Below, in pieces: positions 47,220-55,951 of a stretch of DNA of 64,000 bases. This stretch comes from Candidatus Latescibacterota bacterium (GTDB lineage Bacteria; Latescibacterota; UBA2968; UBA8231). Where the stretch lies: NCBI GenBank assembly GCA_965200315.1, contig OZ241362.1, forward strand, positions 2,464,001 through 2,528,000, in the 5' to 3' direction. The notes under the pieces are model-generated. The model ran no database searches and was not told where the DNA came from. It saw only the letters and a list, made by a program, of their open reading frames with translations. Position 1 is the first letter of the stretch, and each line of letters begins with the position of its first letter. The position numbers and the translations under genes were made by a program.

Positions 47220-47440
47220 AGGTTCACCCGTAAACGACCTACTATAGCCGCCGATCCTCCACCCGGACCAAAGAAGTACCCAATTTTAGCAGGCTGCGGA
47301 AAAACGCGGTCATACCGCATATTGCAAGGGTTTTGATACAAAGATAGAAGCCATGAAAACTAGAGGCAACAACGAACGCGAGCAGGCCTGCTAGTGCGCC
47401 CAAGGCATGGTGCATTGCTGTCACCGATCCTCTCCGGCAT

Positions 47441-48229
47441 TCAGGCTGGCCGGCCGCCCTCCTCCAGCCCCACCCCCGGCGGCATAAAAAACTCGTACTG
47501 CTCCGGCGTACCGTAGCCTTCCATCTCCGTCAGCCGCACCCCCGTGCTGTCGAGCGCCGCCTCGACGATCCGCTTGTTGAAGGCACTGACGTTTTCATCG
47601 GCCAGATAGTCGGCCACTGGCATCCACAGACACTCGGCGATCTCGTCCTCTTGGATGCGAATCTCGGTGCTCAGGGGACGCAGGCGGCAGACGAAGTAAA
47701 TATCCGACTTGCCGAAGTGGTAGCCGTGCCAGTGGCGAAAACAGACCAGCGCGTCGAACTCCGTCTCGACTCCGGTCTCTTCAATGACTTCGCGCACCAC
47801 AGCTTCGGCCAAGTGCTCGCCCGCGTGCAACGCGCCGCCGGGCAGCTTGTAGCGCGGCGGACCGGGCGCACGCCGATGGTACTTTTCGCTGACCACCAAC
47901 AGCTCCCGCGCCTCGTTGAGCACCACCCCGCCCGCGCCGATGTAGTGCGAAGCGTGAGCCGGCACATAAGCGCCTTCTTCTAGTTGCAAGGTCATCATTA
48001 AATAACCGTCGCCGCTGTGGTGGAATGTAAACCCGGCTTCCACCGCTATGGGGATCAACGCCGCCTTGGCAATCGGGACTTCCAGCCAGACCACCCGATA
48101 GCCTTCATCCTTCCAAGCCGCCAGCGAAACGCGCAGCCGCTCGGCAAACACCGCCGGCTCGGAGTCAAGTGCCTCTGGTTTGGGAATAATGCCACCGAAT
48201 GGATTAGTCGTTGCCGCAATAGGTTCCAT
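47441..48229 (-). CDS. Nudix hydrolase with an N-terminal pre-Nudix domain (NUDT6-like)
   Basis: SLAAWKDEGYRVVWL, GFTFHH, Nudix box LPGG..AVVREVIEETG and FGKSDIYF. Confidence 0.88.
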   Translation of the reverse strand: MEPIAATTNPFGGIIPKPEALDSEPAVFAERLRVSLAAWKDEGYRVVWLEVPIAKAALIPIAVEAGFTFHHSGDGYLMMTLQLEEGAYVPAHASHYIGAGGVVLNEARELLVVSEKYHRRAPGPPRYKLPGGALHAGEHLAEAVVREVIEETGVETEFDALVCFRHWHGYHFGKSDIYFVCRLRPLSTEIRIQEDEIAECLWMPVADYLADENVSAFNKRIVEAALDSTGVRLTEMEGYGTPEQYEFFMPPGVGLEEGGRPA

Positions 48230-48354
48230 ACCCGCCTCCCTCAATGGCCGCTAGTGATAGCAAACCCCGCTTGGCGTGTCAACCCGTCTAACTTGGCCCA
48301 CTGCCAAGCCGTACTCTATACTATCGCCCGACGCAAAAATACGAGGACTAGCCC

Positions 48355-50193
48355 ATGCAACGCACACTGCACAGAAAGCTCATCGGCCCCAAGGCCCATC
48401 GCCAACTCCTCACCTTCCTCGGCGAGCACCTGCCCCACTTCACGCCCCCCACGTCAGCAGCAGCTTGGCGCGAGCAAGTCCCGACCCTGCGCGCCCAAGT
48501 CCTCGACCTATTCTTCCGCGGCCATCCCGCCGGTCTCCTCGCGGAACAGCCGCAAGTCCACTGGGGCGACCGCATCGAGACGGATGCTGGCTACACCATC
48601 CGCAAGCTGCGCTACGAGGGCTACCCCGGCCTCTGGGTCCCGGCTCTGCTCTACGAGCCTGACCAACTCGGGGAGAAGGCCCCGGCCGTCCTCAACCCCA
48701 ACGGCCACCACGCTGGCGGCAAGGCCATGGACTACAAACAGGCCCGCTGCATCAACCTCGCCAAACGCGGGATGCTAGCGCTCAACACCGAATTTCTGGG
48801 GATGGGCGAACTCCGCGCGGACATCGACCACAATCGCATCGCCCACCTCGACCTGTGCGGCATCGCTGGCATCGGCGTGTTCTATCTCTTGATGAAACGC
48901 GGCCTCGATGTGCTGCTTGCCCACCCCAAGGCCGATCCCGAGCGCGTAGGGATGACCGGCCTGTCGGGCGGCGGCTGGCAGACGGCCTTACTCTCGGCCC
49001 TCGACGAACGGGTCAAAGTCATAGTCCCGGTCGCCGGTCATTCGGCTGTTTGGCAGCGCCGGGGCTGCATCGAGGACATTGGCGACCAAGAGCAATGCCC
49101 GGCTGACCTCTGCACAATCGCCGACTACGACGCGCTCTCTGCGCTCTTTGCGCCGCGGCCGACCTTGCTCATCTACAACCGCCACGACGACTGCTGCTTC
49201 CAGACGCGGCGAGCGCGCAAATCCATCTACGAACCCATCCGACCGGTCTTCACACTCCTCGACGCCCGCGACAACATCGCCCTCCACGACAACACCGACC
49301 CCGGCACCCACAACTACGAGCGCGACAACCGCCGCCAACTCTACAAATTTCTCAACCAACGCTGGGGATTGGAAACATCCGACGACGACCTGCCCTATAG
49401 CGACGAATTGCAAACCGAAGAAGCCCTCGCCATCGGCCTGCCCCCGGACAACGCCACCCTGATCTCCATCGCGCAGGCAGCTCTTGGCAAGATCAGAACG
49501 CGCAAAAGAAAAGCGTACGCTCCGGCCGCCGCACGCCAAGCACTCGCCTCGTTACTCAAGCTGCCGCAGTGGAAGAATCGATCCCGGCAAAAAGTCGGCA
49601 GCGCGCAAAAGCGCAAAGACGGCACCATCCAACACTACCTATTGCACCTCGACGATACCTGGACCCTGCCGCTGACCGAATACGCGCCGCCGCGCCCCCG
49701 AGGCACCGAGCTGCTCATCGCCGATGGCGGCCGCGGTGCGCTCGCCGCTCCGCTAGCCACCGCCCTCGCGCGAGGCCGCCGAGTGCTCGTCGCCGACATC
49801 TTCGCTACCGGCGAGCTCCACACCGACCCGCGCCACCAGATGCTGGTCGCTACTGCTGGCCAGCGCCCGCTCGGCATCCAAGTCGGCCAAGTGCTCGCGC
49901 TGTTGGCGACGGCAAGCCAAAAGAGCCGGGCACTACACCTGACGGCTCACGGCCGCGTCTGCCCGGTCGTCGCGCTAATCACCGCCGCGCTCAAACCCCA
50001 AGCACTCGCCTCGCTGACGACCAACGCCCTCATTGACTCCCTCGGCCGCCTCATCGACTGGCCGCTGTCCTACGACGCCGTCCCATCCCTTTACTGCTTT
50101 GGCCTGCTGGCCAAATTCGACATCCCCGACCTCATTGCACTCTCAGCACCCGTGCCGCTTGCCGATCCCCATCGCGGACCGCTGCGCCGCTGA
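48355..50193 (+). CDS. Alpha/beta hydrolase (acetylxylan esterase-like)
   Basis: NPNGH, GMTGLSGGG, APRPTL and HNY. Confidence 0.82.
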   Translation: MQRTLHRKLIGPKAHRQLLTFLGEHLPHFTPPTSAAAWREQVPTLRAQVLDLFFRGHPAGLLAEQPQVHWGDRIETDAGYTIRKLRYEGYPGLWVPALLYEPDQLGEKAPAVLNPNGHHAGGKAMDYKQARCINLAKRGMLALNTEFLGMGELRADIDHNRIAHLDLCGIAGIGVFYLLMKRGLDVLLAHPKADPERVGMTGLSGGGWQTALLSALDERVKVIVPVAGHSAVWQRRGCIEDIGDQEQCPADLCTIADYDALSALFAPRPTLLIYNRHDDCCFQTRRARKSIYEPIRPVFTLLDARDNIALHDNTDPGTHNYERDNRRQLYKFLNQRWGLETSDDDLPYSDELQTEEALAIGLPPDNATLISIAQAALGKIRTRKRKAYAPAAARQALASLLKLPQWKNRSRQKVGSAQKRKDGTIQHYLLHLDDTWTLPLTEYAPPRPRGTELLIADGGRGALAAPLATALARGRRVLVADIFATGELHTDPRHQMLVATAGQRPLGIQVGQVLALLATASQKSRALHLTAHGRVCPVVALITAALKPQALASLTTNALIDSLGRLIDWPLSYDAVPSLYCFGLLAKFDIPDLIALSAPVPLADPHRGPLRR

Positions 50194-50203
50194 GGACAAC
50201 CCC

Positions 50204-51280
50204 CTATCCATATTTTTCCCGGAGACACCGCGCCGCTTCCACCTCGTTTTTGAGCTTGGTATAAACCTCGTCGATATCGACTTTCACCGCCGATCCGGGA
50301 GCGAATCCGCAGTCCGGGTTGAGCACCACCCGCTCGGGTGCCAAGTACTCCAACGCCTGTTCCACCCGCCCGACGATCGTCTCCGACTCGTCGACCTCTC
50401 CCGGATGCACCCCCACACAACCCAAGCCGATCTCCAAATCTTCGCGCAGCGCCTTAAACACCTCCGCATCCCCTGTGCCCGGACTGGTAAATTCCATAGT
50501 CAGATGGTGTACCTTCAGGCGATTGAGATAGGGGATGATCGGGCCGTAGTCGCCGGTGTGACATACCTCGCCGCGGACCCGGGCACCCGCGCGGCGGCAC
50601 AAATGCACGGCCAAGCGCACCCCGGTGGCTCCCTCCACCACCTCATTGGTCATCGCCACCGCAAAGTCGGCCTCGGCCTCGGGGTCGTCATATCCGGCTC
50701 GCACCTCGTCATCAACGAGCAGGCATAGATGCGGATCGTCGATCTGCACTATATCGGCACCGGCCTCGCACAATAGCGCCAACTCGCGGCGCAGAATCGG
50801 CACACAAGCCTCGACGAATCCATTGCGGGTCGGATAGGCTCCGCGCGATTGTTCCGCATCCCACATCCGCTCGCCCAATAGCGCCGGTGCCGGCAAGGTG
50901 GCCTTGATTTTGCGCGAGCTAACCTTCTTGAGAAATTCTATTTCCCGCGCGATAAACCCTTTTTCTTTCGGCACCAACTCGCCCGTGACGATGGTCCACG
51001 GCCTGCCGTCCGCATTCCGGCTCACCTCAAAGCCATGCGCCAATTCGGCGATTACGCCGATATACGAGGCGCGCCGCCATTCACCATCGGTGATCACGTC
51101 CAATCCCGCCGCCTCCTGCAACGCCACCGCATAGGCCACGGCCGCGTCCATCACCTTCCCCGGCCGTTCAGCGTCTGTTGGCCGCTCACCCATCACCGCC
51201 TCGCGCACGAAATCCGGTCGCGGCAGCGAGCCGACCACAGCCGCCGGAAAGAGCGTCCCGTAGTATTGGCGCGTTGACAT
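50204..51280 (-). CDS. Cobalamin-independent methionine synthase II family
   Basis: VVGSLPRP, ITDGEWRR, QIDDP, HLC and NPDCGF. Confidence 0.88.
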   Translation of the reverse strand: MSTRQYYGTLFPAAVVGSLPRPDFVREAVMGERPTDAERPGKVMDAAVAYAVALQEAAGLDVITDGEWRRASYIGVIAELAHGFEVSRNADGRPWTIVTGELVPKEKGFIAREIEFLKKVSSRKIKATLPAPALLGERMWDAEQSRGAYPTRNGFVEACVPILRRELALLCEAGADIVQIDDPHLCLLVDDEVRAGYDDPEAEADFAVAMTNEVVEGATGVRLAVHLCRRAGARVRGEVCHTGDYGPIIPYLNRLKVHHLTMEFTSPGTGDAEVFKALREDLEIGLGCVGVHPGEVDESETIVGRVEQALEYLAPERVVLNPDCGFAPGSAVKVDIDEVYTKLKNEVEAARCLREKYG

Positions 51281-51281
51281 A

Positions 51282-52040
51282 TTAGCCTCCATCTAACCAG
51301 CGCGCATTGGCTAGCGCGACGTCCTCTTCCGTGTCAATTTCCATGTACTCGCCATTGGTGGCGACCATGTGCAAGGCCGATCCTGCGTCCAGCATTTCCT
51401 CGAAAAGATGAATCAGATAAGCCTTTTCAAATGGCATGTCGTACTTCCAAGTTTGCCCGGCGTACTTTGCCTTCACCCGCTGATAATGCGCCCGCAAGGA
51501 CCGCGCCCCCGCCACACCGAACCGCGCCACGCCAATATACTCGCCGCTGGCTACTGACCCAAGCATAGCGCGGTTGATCGCCACGACCCGATCGCCCTCG
51601 GCCACGATCTTTTCGGCATCGTCTTCGGGGTGCTGGCTGCGATCTATATAGCGCGTGCGCCAATCCGTATCAACGCAGAGCGCGATATCGCCCTCGTGCT
51701 CCAGTGCTCGACGCACGACCGCAGGACGGTAGAGAATGTCGGAATAGGAACAGACAAAACCATCGGCCATATACTTCTCGGCGCAAAAGAGCGAGGCCAA
51801 GATATTGTTGTGCTGCCAGTTGGCGTTATGGCAATAAATCAGATGCGGATAGTCGGCTTGGATCTGCTCAATGCGATAGCCGCCGACAAAGACCGGTGTC
51901 TCTAGCCCGACCGCGGCCAGCGTCTCGAGCATCCAGTCGAGGATCCGCCGGCCGCCGATGCGTACATAGCATTTGGGCTGCTCGTCGGTCAGGGAGTTGA
52001 GCCGGCTGCCACGGCCGGCACCGATGATGATGGGGCGCAC
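51282..52040 (-). CDS. Phosphocholine/phosphonate cytidylyltransferase-like NTP transferase
   Basis: GAGRGSRL, PKC, YSDI, GEYIG and EIDTEED; GTG start after AGGAGAG. Confidence 0.85.
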   Translation of the reverse strand: MRPIIIGAGRGSRLNSLTDEQPKCYVRIGGRRILDWMLETLAAVGLETPVFVGGYRIEQIQADYPHLIYCHNANWQHNNILASLFCAEKYMADGFVCSYSDILYRPAVVRRALEHEGDIALCVDTDWRTRYIDRSQHPEDDAEKIVAEGDRVVAINRAMLGSVASGEYIGVARFGVAGARSLRAHYQRVKAKYAGQTWKYDMPFEKAYLIHLFEEMLDAGSALHMVATNGEYMEIDTEEDVALANARWLDGG

Positions 52041-52079
52041 TAGCTCTCCTTTCGTTTTGACGCTTAGACTGGTAAGCAC

Positions 52080-52108
52080 AAAACGGCCTGCTGATTTCCA
52101 GCAGGCCG
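52080..52108 (-). terminator. Intrinsic terminator
   Basis: CGGCCTGCTG-N5-CAGCAGGCCG followed by TTTT on the minus strand, downstream of the Uma2 gene. Confidence 0.65.
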
Positions 52109-52130
52109 CTACGCATTCTTACTTACTGCA

Positions 52131-52682
52131 CTAGGCGAATAACGCCGCGACCGCTACCTCCCATCCCGGCACCACCTCCCCACCCTCCAACACATCGCCT
52201 TCTCGCAATACATCCACAGCACCCGCAGTCCGATGCACCGCCACCGTCCGCTGCTGCGGCTCGACGACAACCACCATCTGCGTCCCTGCCGCCAACCAAT
52301 CGGCTACCTTTTCCGCGACCTCCCCGTAGCGGTCCCCCGGCGAGACCACCTCCACCACCAAATCGGGCGCTCCCGGCCAATAGCCCTCCACTGCGCCAAC
52401 CGCATCCAGCCGCGCTTGGCACACGAAAGCTGCATCCGGTGCCCGCACAGTGTCCGGGTGAGACGCCAACCGGAACCCGGTTTCTGCCGCATAGACCGCT
52501 CCCAAGCCATGAGCTTCCACGTGTTGGGCCAAGCGCCAAGCGCTGCGCATCGCGATCTTTCCGTGTTCATTCCCCGCAGGCGTCATCTTGCGCACCTCCC
52601 CGCGCACTAGTTCGTAGCGAAACCCGTCGTCCGGTAGTCGTGCCAAATCCGCTGCCGTGGCAATATGTTCGACAATGGTCAT
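52131..52682 (-). CDS. Uma2 family endonuclease
   Basis: YELVRG, RAPDAAFV, PDLVVEVVSPGD and VVPGW. Confidence 0.92.
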   Translation of the reverse strand: MTIVEHIATAADLARLPDDGFRYELVRGEVRKMTPAGNEHGKIAMRSAWRLAQHVEAHGLGAVYAAETGFRLASHPDTVRAPDAAFVCQARLDAVGAVEGYWPGAPDLVVEVVSPGDRYGEVAEKVADWLAAGTQMVVVVEPQQRTVAVHRTAGAVDVLREGDVLEGGEVVPGWEVAVAALFA

Positions 52683-52861
52683 GGGTTATCGTCTTCGCCC
52701 CCTTGAGCTTCAATCCGAGTCGCTAGCCAATCCATCGGGTCTGTCACCCCGTCCAGCGTCCCAAGAGCGATCTGCGCCAAAATTTCTTTGCACGGCTCTT
52801 TGTAAGGACTACTTTCACCAGCGGCATACATAGGTATATTCGCATCTATAAGAACCTTCAC
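52679..52861 (-). pseudogene. Truncated VapC/PIN toxin
   Basis: MKVLIDANIPMYAAG..PC..IL; PIN similarity stops after about 41 codons. Confidence 0.8.
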
Positions 52862-53103
52862 GCCTGTGCTCCCGCAATGATTTCGCGCTCCATAAGGGAC
52901 CGCTCTCCAACTGGGGCTTCAAGAGCGTATAAACGCTCCACTGCTATCAATTTCTCGTCGCTAGAGGTGATGTTGTACTGCTCCTGCACGGCTTTGCGGA
53001 TCAAAGTCCCCACTGAAGCGCATTCGCGCTCGGCGACTTCTGCCAGATAAACAGCCATCTCCTCCTAAAACAACACTTCAACACGCCGGGTCAATTGGAA
53101 CAT
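52858..53103 (-). pseudogene. RHH/CopG antitoxin with an in-frame TAG
   Basis: GGAGG RBS and ATG 53103 give MFQLTRRVEVLF*EEMAVYLAEVAERECASVGTLIRKAV. Confidence 0.8.
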
Positions 53104-53225
53104 AAGTTCCTCCAGATATACTTGTAGATGCAGAATATATCCGCCGCCTTTTGCTGCCACAACCTCAAGTGGAGAGCATCTCCCTAGCACCTTATATTGA
53201 ACTCTTACATATAGAAAGGATGAAT

Positions 53226-54497
53226 ATGTCCGCAAAAATGCCCCTCGCCATCGTCGGCTGCGGCGGCATGGGCCACCGCCACCTCTACGGCCTCGCCGAG
53301 CTGCAAAGCACCGGCCTGTCGCCCTTTGAACTGGTGGGTGCTTGCGACCCCAATCTCGACAATGCCCACTCGCTCGCCGACCAAGCCGAAGAGCGGCTGG
53401 GCACGCGCCCCCAGCCCGTCAAAGACCTCGCTGAGCTGGCTTCCGTCGCCCCGGTCCAAGCCGTCGATATCACCACCCTACCGGCCCATCACCACACCGT
53501 GGCGATCGAGGCTATGGAGCGCGGCTGGCACGCGATGTGCGAAAAACCTATGGGGCTTACCGCCCGCGCCTGCCAGCAAATGATCGCCAAGGCCCAAGAG
53601 ACCGGTTGCGTCCTCTCGGTAGCCGAAAATTACCGCCGCGACCCAGTAAACCGCCTTGCCAAATCCCTGATCGACGCCGGGGTCATTGGGCGTCCGCGCC
53701 TGATGCAGCAAATTGCCATAGGCGGAGGCGACGGCATGCTCATTTCAGTGTGGCGGCACCAAAAGAACGCCAGCGGCGTCCTCCTCGACGTGGGCGTTCA
53801 CTTCGCCGACATCATGGAATACTTCCTCGGTGAGGCTGATACGGCCTACGCGCAGACGCGCCTGCACGAACCGATCCGCAAAAACCCCGTAGCCGGTCGC
53901 ACCGACACCAGCAGCGGCTCGCCAGGTGGCGTCTACGAACGCTGGCAAAAAGACATGCCGGCCGAGTTTGAGGCCACCGCGGACGACGCGGCCTACGCCA
54001 CCATCCTCTTCAAAAGCGGCGCGGTCGCCCAGTACATTGAAGACCACGCGGCGCACGGCCAAAACCTGCGGCGGCGCTCCATCCACGGCAGCCTCGGCTC
54101 GCTGGAACTGCCCGGCGACCGCTCGGGCGACCGCCTCACACTCCACCTCGCCGGCACTGACCCCATAGACGACCAAGCTCTCCTCGACTTAGTGCCCGAT
54201 CACCGCCTCGACGAAGTCACGGCCGCGCTCTTTGGCGGCGACCGGCTCTTCGAGTACCATTTTCCCTTTCCCGAGACCGACTGCAAGCTAATCGCCGTCG
54301 AATACCACGAGCTCGGCACCTGTATCCAACAGGGGCGACAGCCCGAAGTCGATGCCCGGCAAGGTGCGCGCTCTGTGGGCCTGTCCTACAGCCTGCTGGA
54401 GTCGCAAGTCGCCGGCCGTGCGCTCTCCGTCGATGCGGTCTGCGACGACCAGATCAGTGCCTACCAAGCCGAGATCAACGAGCATCTGAGGCTATAG
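53226..54497 (+). CDS. Gfo/Idh/MocA oxidoreductase
   Basis: IVGCGGMG, CEKPM, AENYRR and DVGVH. Confidence 0.9.
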   Translation: MSAKMPLAIVGCGGMGHRHLYGLAELQSTGLSPFELVGACDPNLDNAHSLADQAEERLGTRPQPVKDLAELASVAPVQAVDITTLPAHHHTVAIEAMERGWHAMCEKPMGLTARACQQMIAKAQETGCVLSVAENYRRDPVNRLAKSLIDAGVIGRPRLMQQIAIGGGDGMLISVWRHQKNASGVLLDVGVHFADIMEYFLGEADTAYAQTRLHEPIRKNPVAGRTDTSSGSPGGVYERWQKDMPAEFEATADDAAYATILFKSGAVAQYIEDHAAHGQNLRRRSIHGSLGSLELPGDRSGDRLTLHLAGTDPIDDQALLDLVPDHRLDEVTAALFGGDRLFEYHFPFPETDCKLIAVEYHELGTCIQQGRQPEVDARQGARSVGLSYSLLESQVAGRALSVDAVCDDQISAYQAEINEHLRL

Positions 54498-55298
54498 ATG
54501 GCCGCTATCCTCTGCCCTCGCTGCCACAAGATAGTCAGTGCCGACGCCTCAACCTGCCCCCATTGTGGCCAGCGCAAACCCGGGCTGTGGGGCGCGACGG
54601 CCACCATGCGCAGGCTCGGCTTACAGTTGAATTTCCCGCACTTAATCACCGTGTTTTGCGGTGTGCTCTACCTGCTCGCGTTGGCCTTGGATCCATCGGC
54701 GATTTTCCAGACGCAGGGCCTGATGCAGATTCTCTCGCCCAGCATCCAAGCCAGCTTCAAACTCGGCGTTACCGGCACCGTACCCATTTTCGCCTACAAA
54801 TTCTGGTGGACGCCGATCACCGCCATCTACCTGCACGGCGGCCTGCTGCACATCTTCTTCAACATGATGTGGGTGCGCCAGCTTGGCCCGGTCGTAGAAG
54901 AGCTCTTCGGCCCCTTTCGCCTCTTTGCGATCTTCACGATCGCCGGCATTACCGGCTTTATCGCCTCAACCCTAGCCGGCCACGAACTCACGCTGGGGGC
55001 CTCCGGCTCGATCTTCGGCCTCTTGGCCGCGGCCATTGCCTACGGCCGGCGCGCCGGTTCCCAGCTTTTTACCCGACAATTTCTCCAGTGGGCGGCCTTG
55101 CTCTTCATCATGGGCTTTGTAATGCCCGGCGTCGATAACTGGGCGCACGGCGGCGGCTTCGTCGGCGGTTACGCAGCGGCTTATGTCTTCAGCCGCAGCT
55201 CGGAGCGCGAGGGCTTGGGGGCTTATCTGGCCGGTGGTTTGTGCCTGCTGGCCACAGTCGGCGCGTTCGCCTTGCAATTTATCGCCGTGTTTTTGTAG
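54498..55298 (+). CDS. Rhomboid intramembrane serine protease with an N-terminal Zn ribbon
   Basis: CPRC..CPHC, HIFFNM, GASG and AHGGG. Confidence 0.92.
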   Translation: MAAILCPRCHKIVSADASTCPHCGQRKPGLWGATATMRRLGLQLNFPHLITVFCGVLYLLALALDPSAIFQTQGLMQILSPSIQASFKLGVTGTVPIFAYKFWWTPITAIYLHGGLLHIFFNMMWVRQLGPVVEELFGPFRLFAIFTIAGITGFIASTLAGHELTLGASGSIFGLLAAAIAYGRRAGSQLFTRQFLQWAALLFIMGFVMPGVDNWAHGGGFVGGYAAAYVFSRSSEREGLGAYLAGGLCLLATVGAFALQFIAVFL

Positions 55299-55306
55299 CC
55301 CGCTTC

Positions 55307-55951
55307 ATGCCCGACGAACTCATCGCACTCTTCGATGGCCAGGGACAATCCATAGGCAGCAAAAGTCGCACCGCCGCCTACCGCGACGGCGACCGCGTCG
55401 GCTTGGTCTTCGTCTGGGCGGCTTGGCGCACGTCCTCCGGCGTCGCCCGCACTCTATTGCAGATCCGCTCGCGCCCCGGCGATCCCTACCTCGGCAGCCT
55501 CGACGCTCCAGCCGGCGGCCACATCCGGGCCGGCGAAACGCCTGCGGCAGCGGCGCACCGCGAATTCGCCGAAGAGGTGGGCATCGCCCTGACACCCGCC
55601 GAGTTGGTCTTCCTCGGCCAGCAACCCCTCCAAGGCACTGGGCACTCCGCCATGCAGTTTTTCTACCTCTGCACACGGCCTATCTCATTGGAAGAAACCG
55701 TATTCAACGAAGAAGTGGGGGCCTTCGTCGAGGTCGGGCTCGACGATTTCGACTCCTTGGTCTACGGACGAACTGCGTCGATCCAAGGTCAGGCCCGCTA
55801 CAAAGAGACACCAAACGAAACAAGGCCACGGGAAATTACGCCCGCAGCCTTTGCCGCCTATTCCGCGCCGATCATGGATGCCATTCGCCGCTCGGCTAGC
55901 GCGGTCCGCACCTATCTCGATACCGGACAAATAAACGCGACTATCTGCTGA
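55307..55951 (+). CDS. Nudix/IPP-isomerase-like protein
   Basis: GGHIRAGETPAAAAHREFAEEVG. Confidence 0.8.
   Translation: MPDELIALFDGQGQSIGSKSRTAAYRDGDRVGLVFVWAAWRTSSGVARTLLQIRSRPGDPYLGSLDAPAGGHIRAGETPAAAAHREFAEEVGIALTPAELVFLGQQPLQGTGHSAMQFFYLCTRPISLEETVFNEEVGAFVEVGLDDFDSLVYGRTASIQGQARYKETPNETRPREITPAAFAAYSAPIMDAIRRSASAVRTYLDTGQINATIC

Noticed and set aside
47242-47424. 60-aa ORF with an RBS and a signal-peptide-like start
   Set aside because: It may be the stub of a gene truncated by the cassette, but it has no recognisable motif, so I could not support a call.
45020-53067. In-frame TAG codons in relE (45020) and the RHH antitoxin (53065) as possible stop recoding
   Set aside because: TAG terminates many intact genes in the window, and both loci carry other lesions, so these are nonsense mutations.
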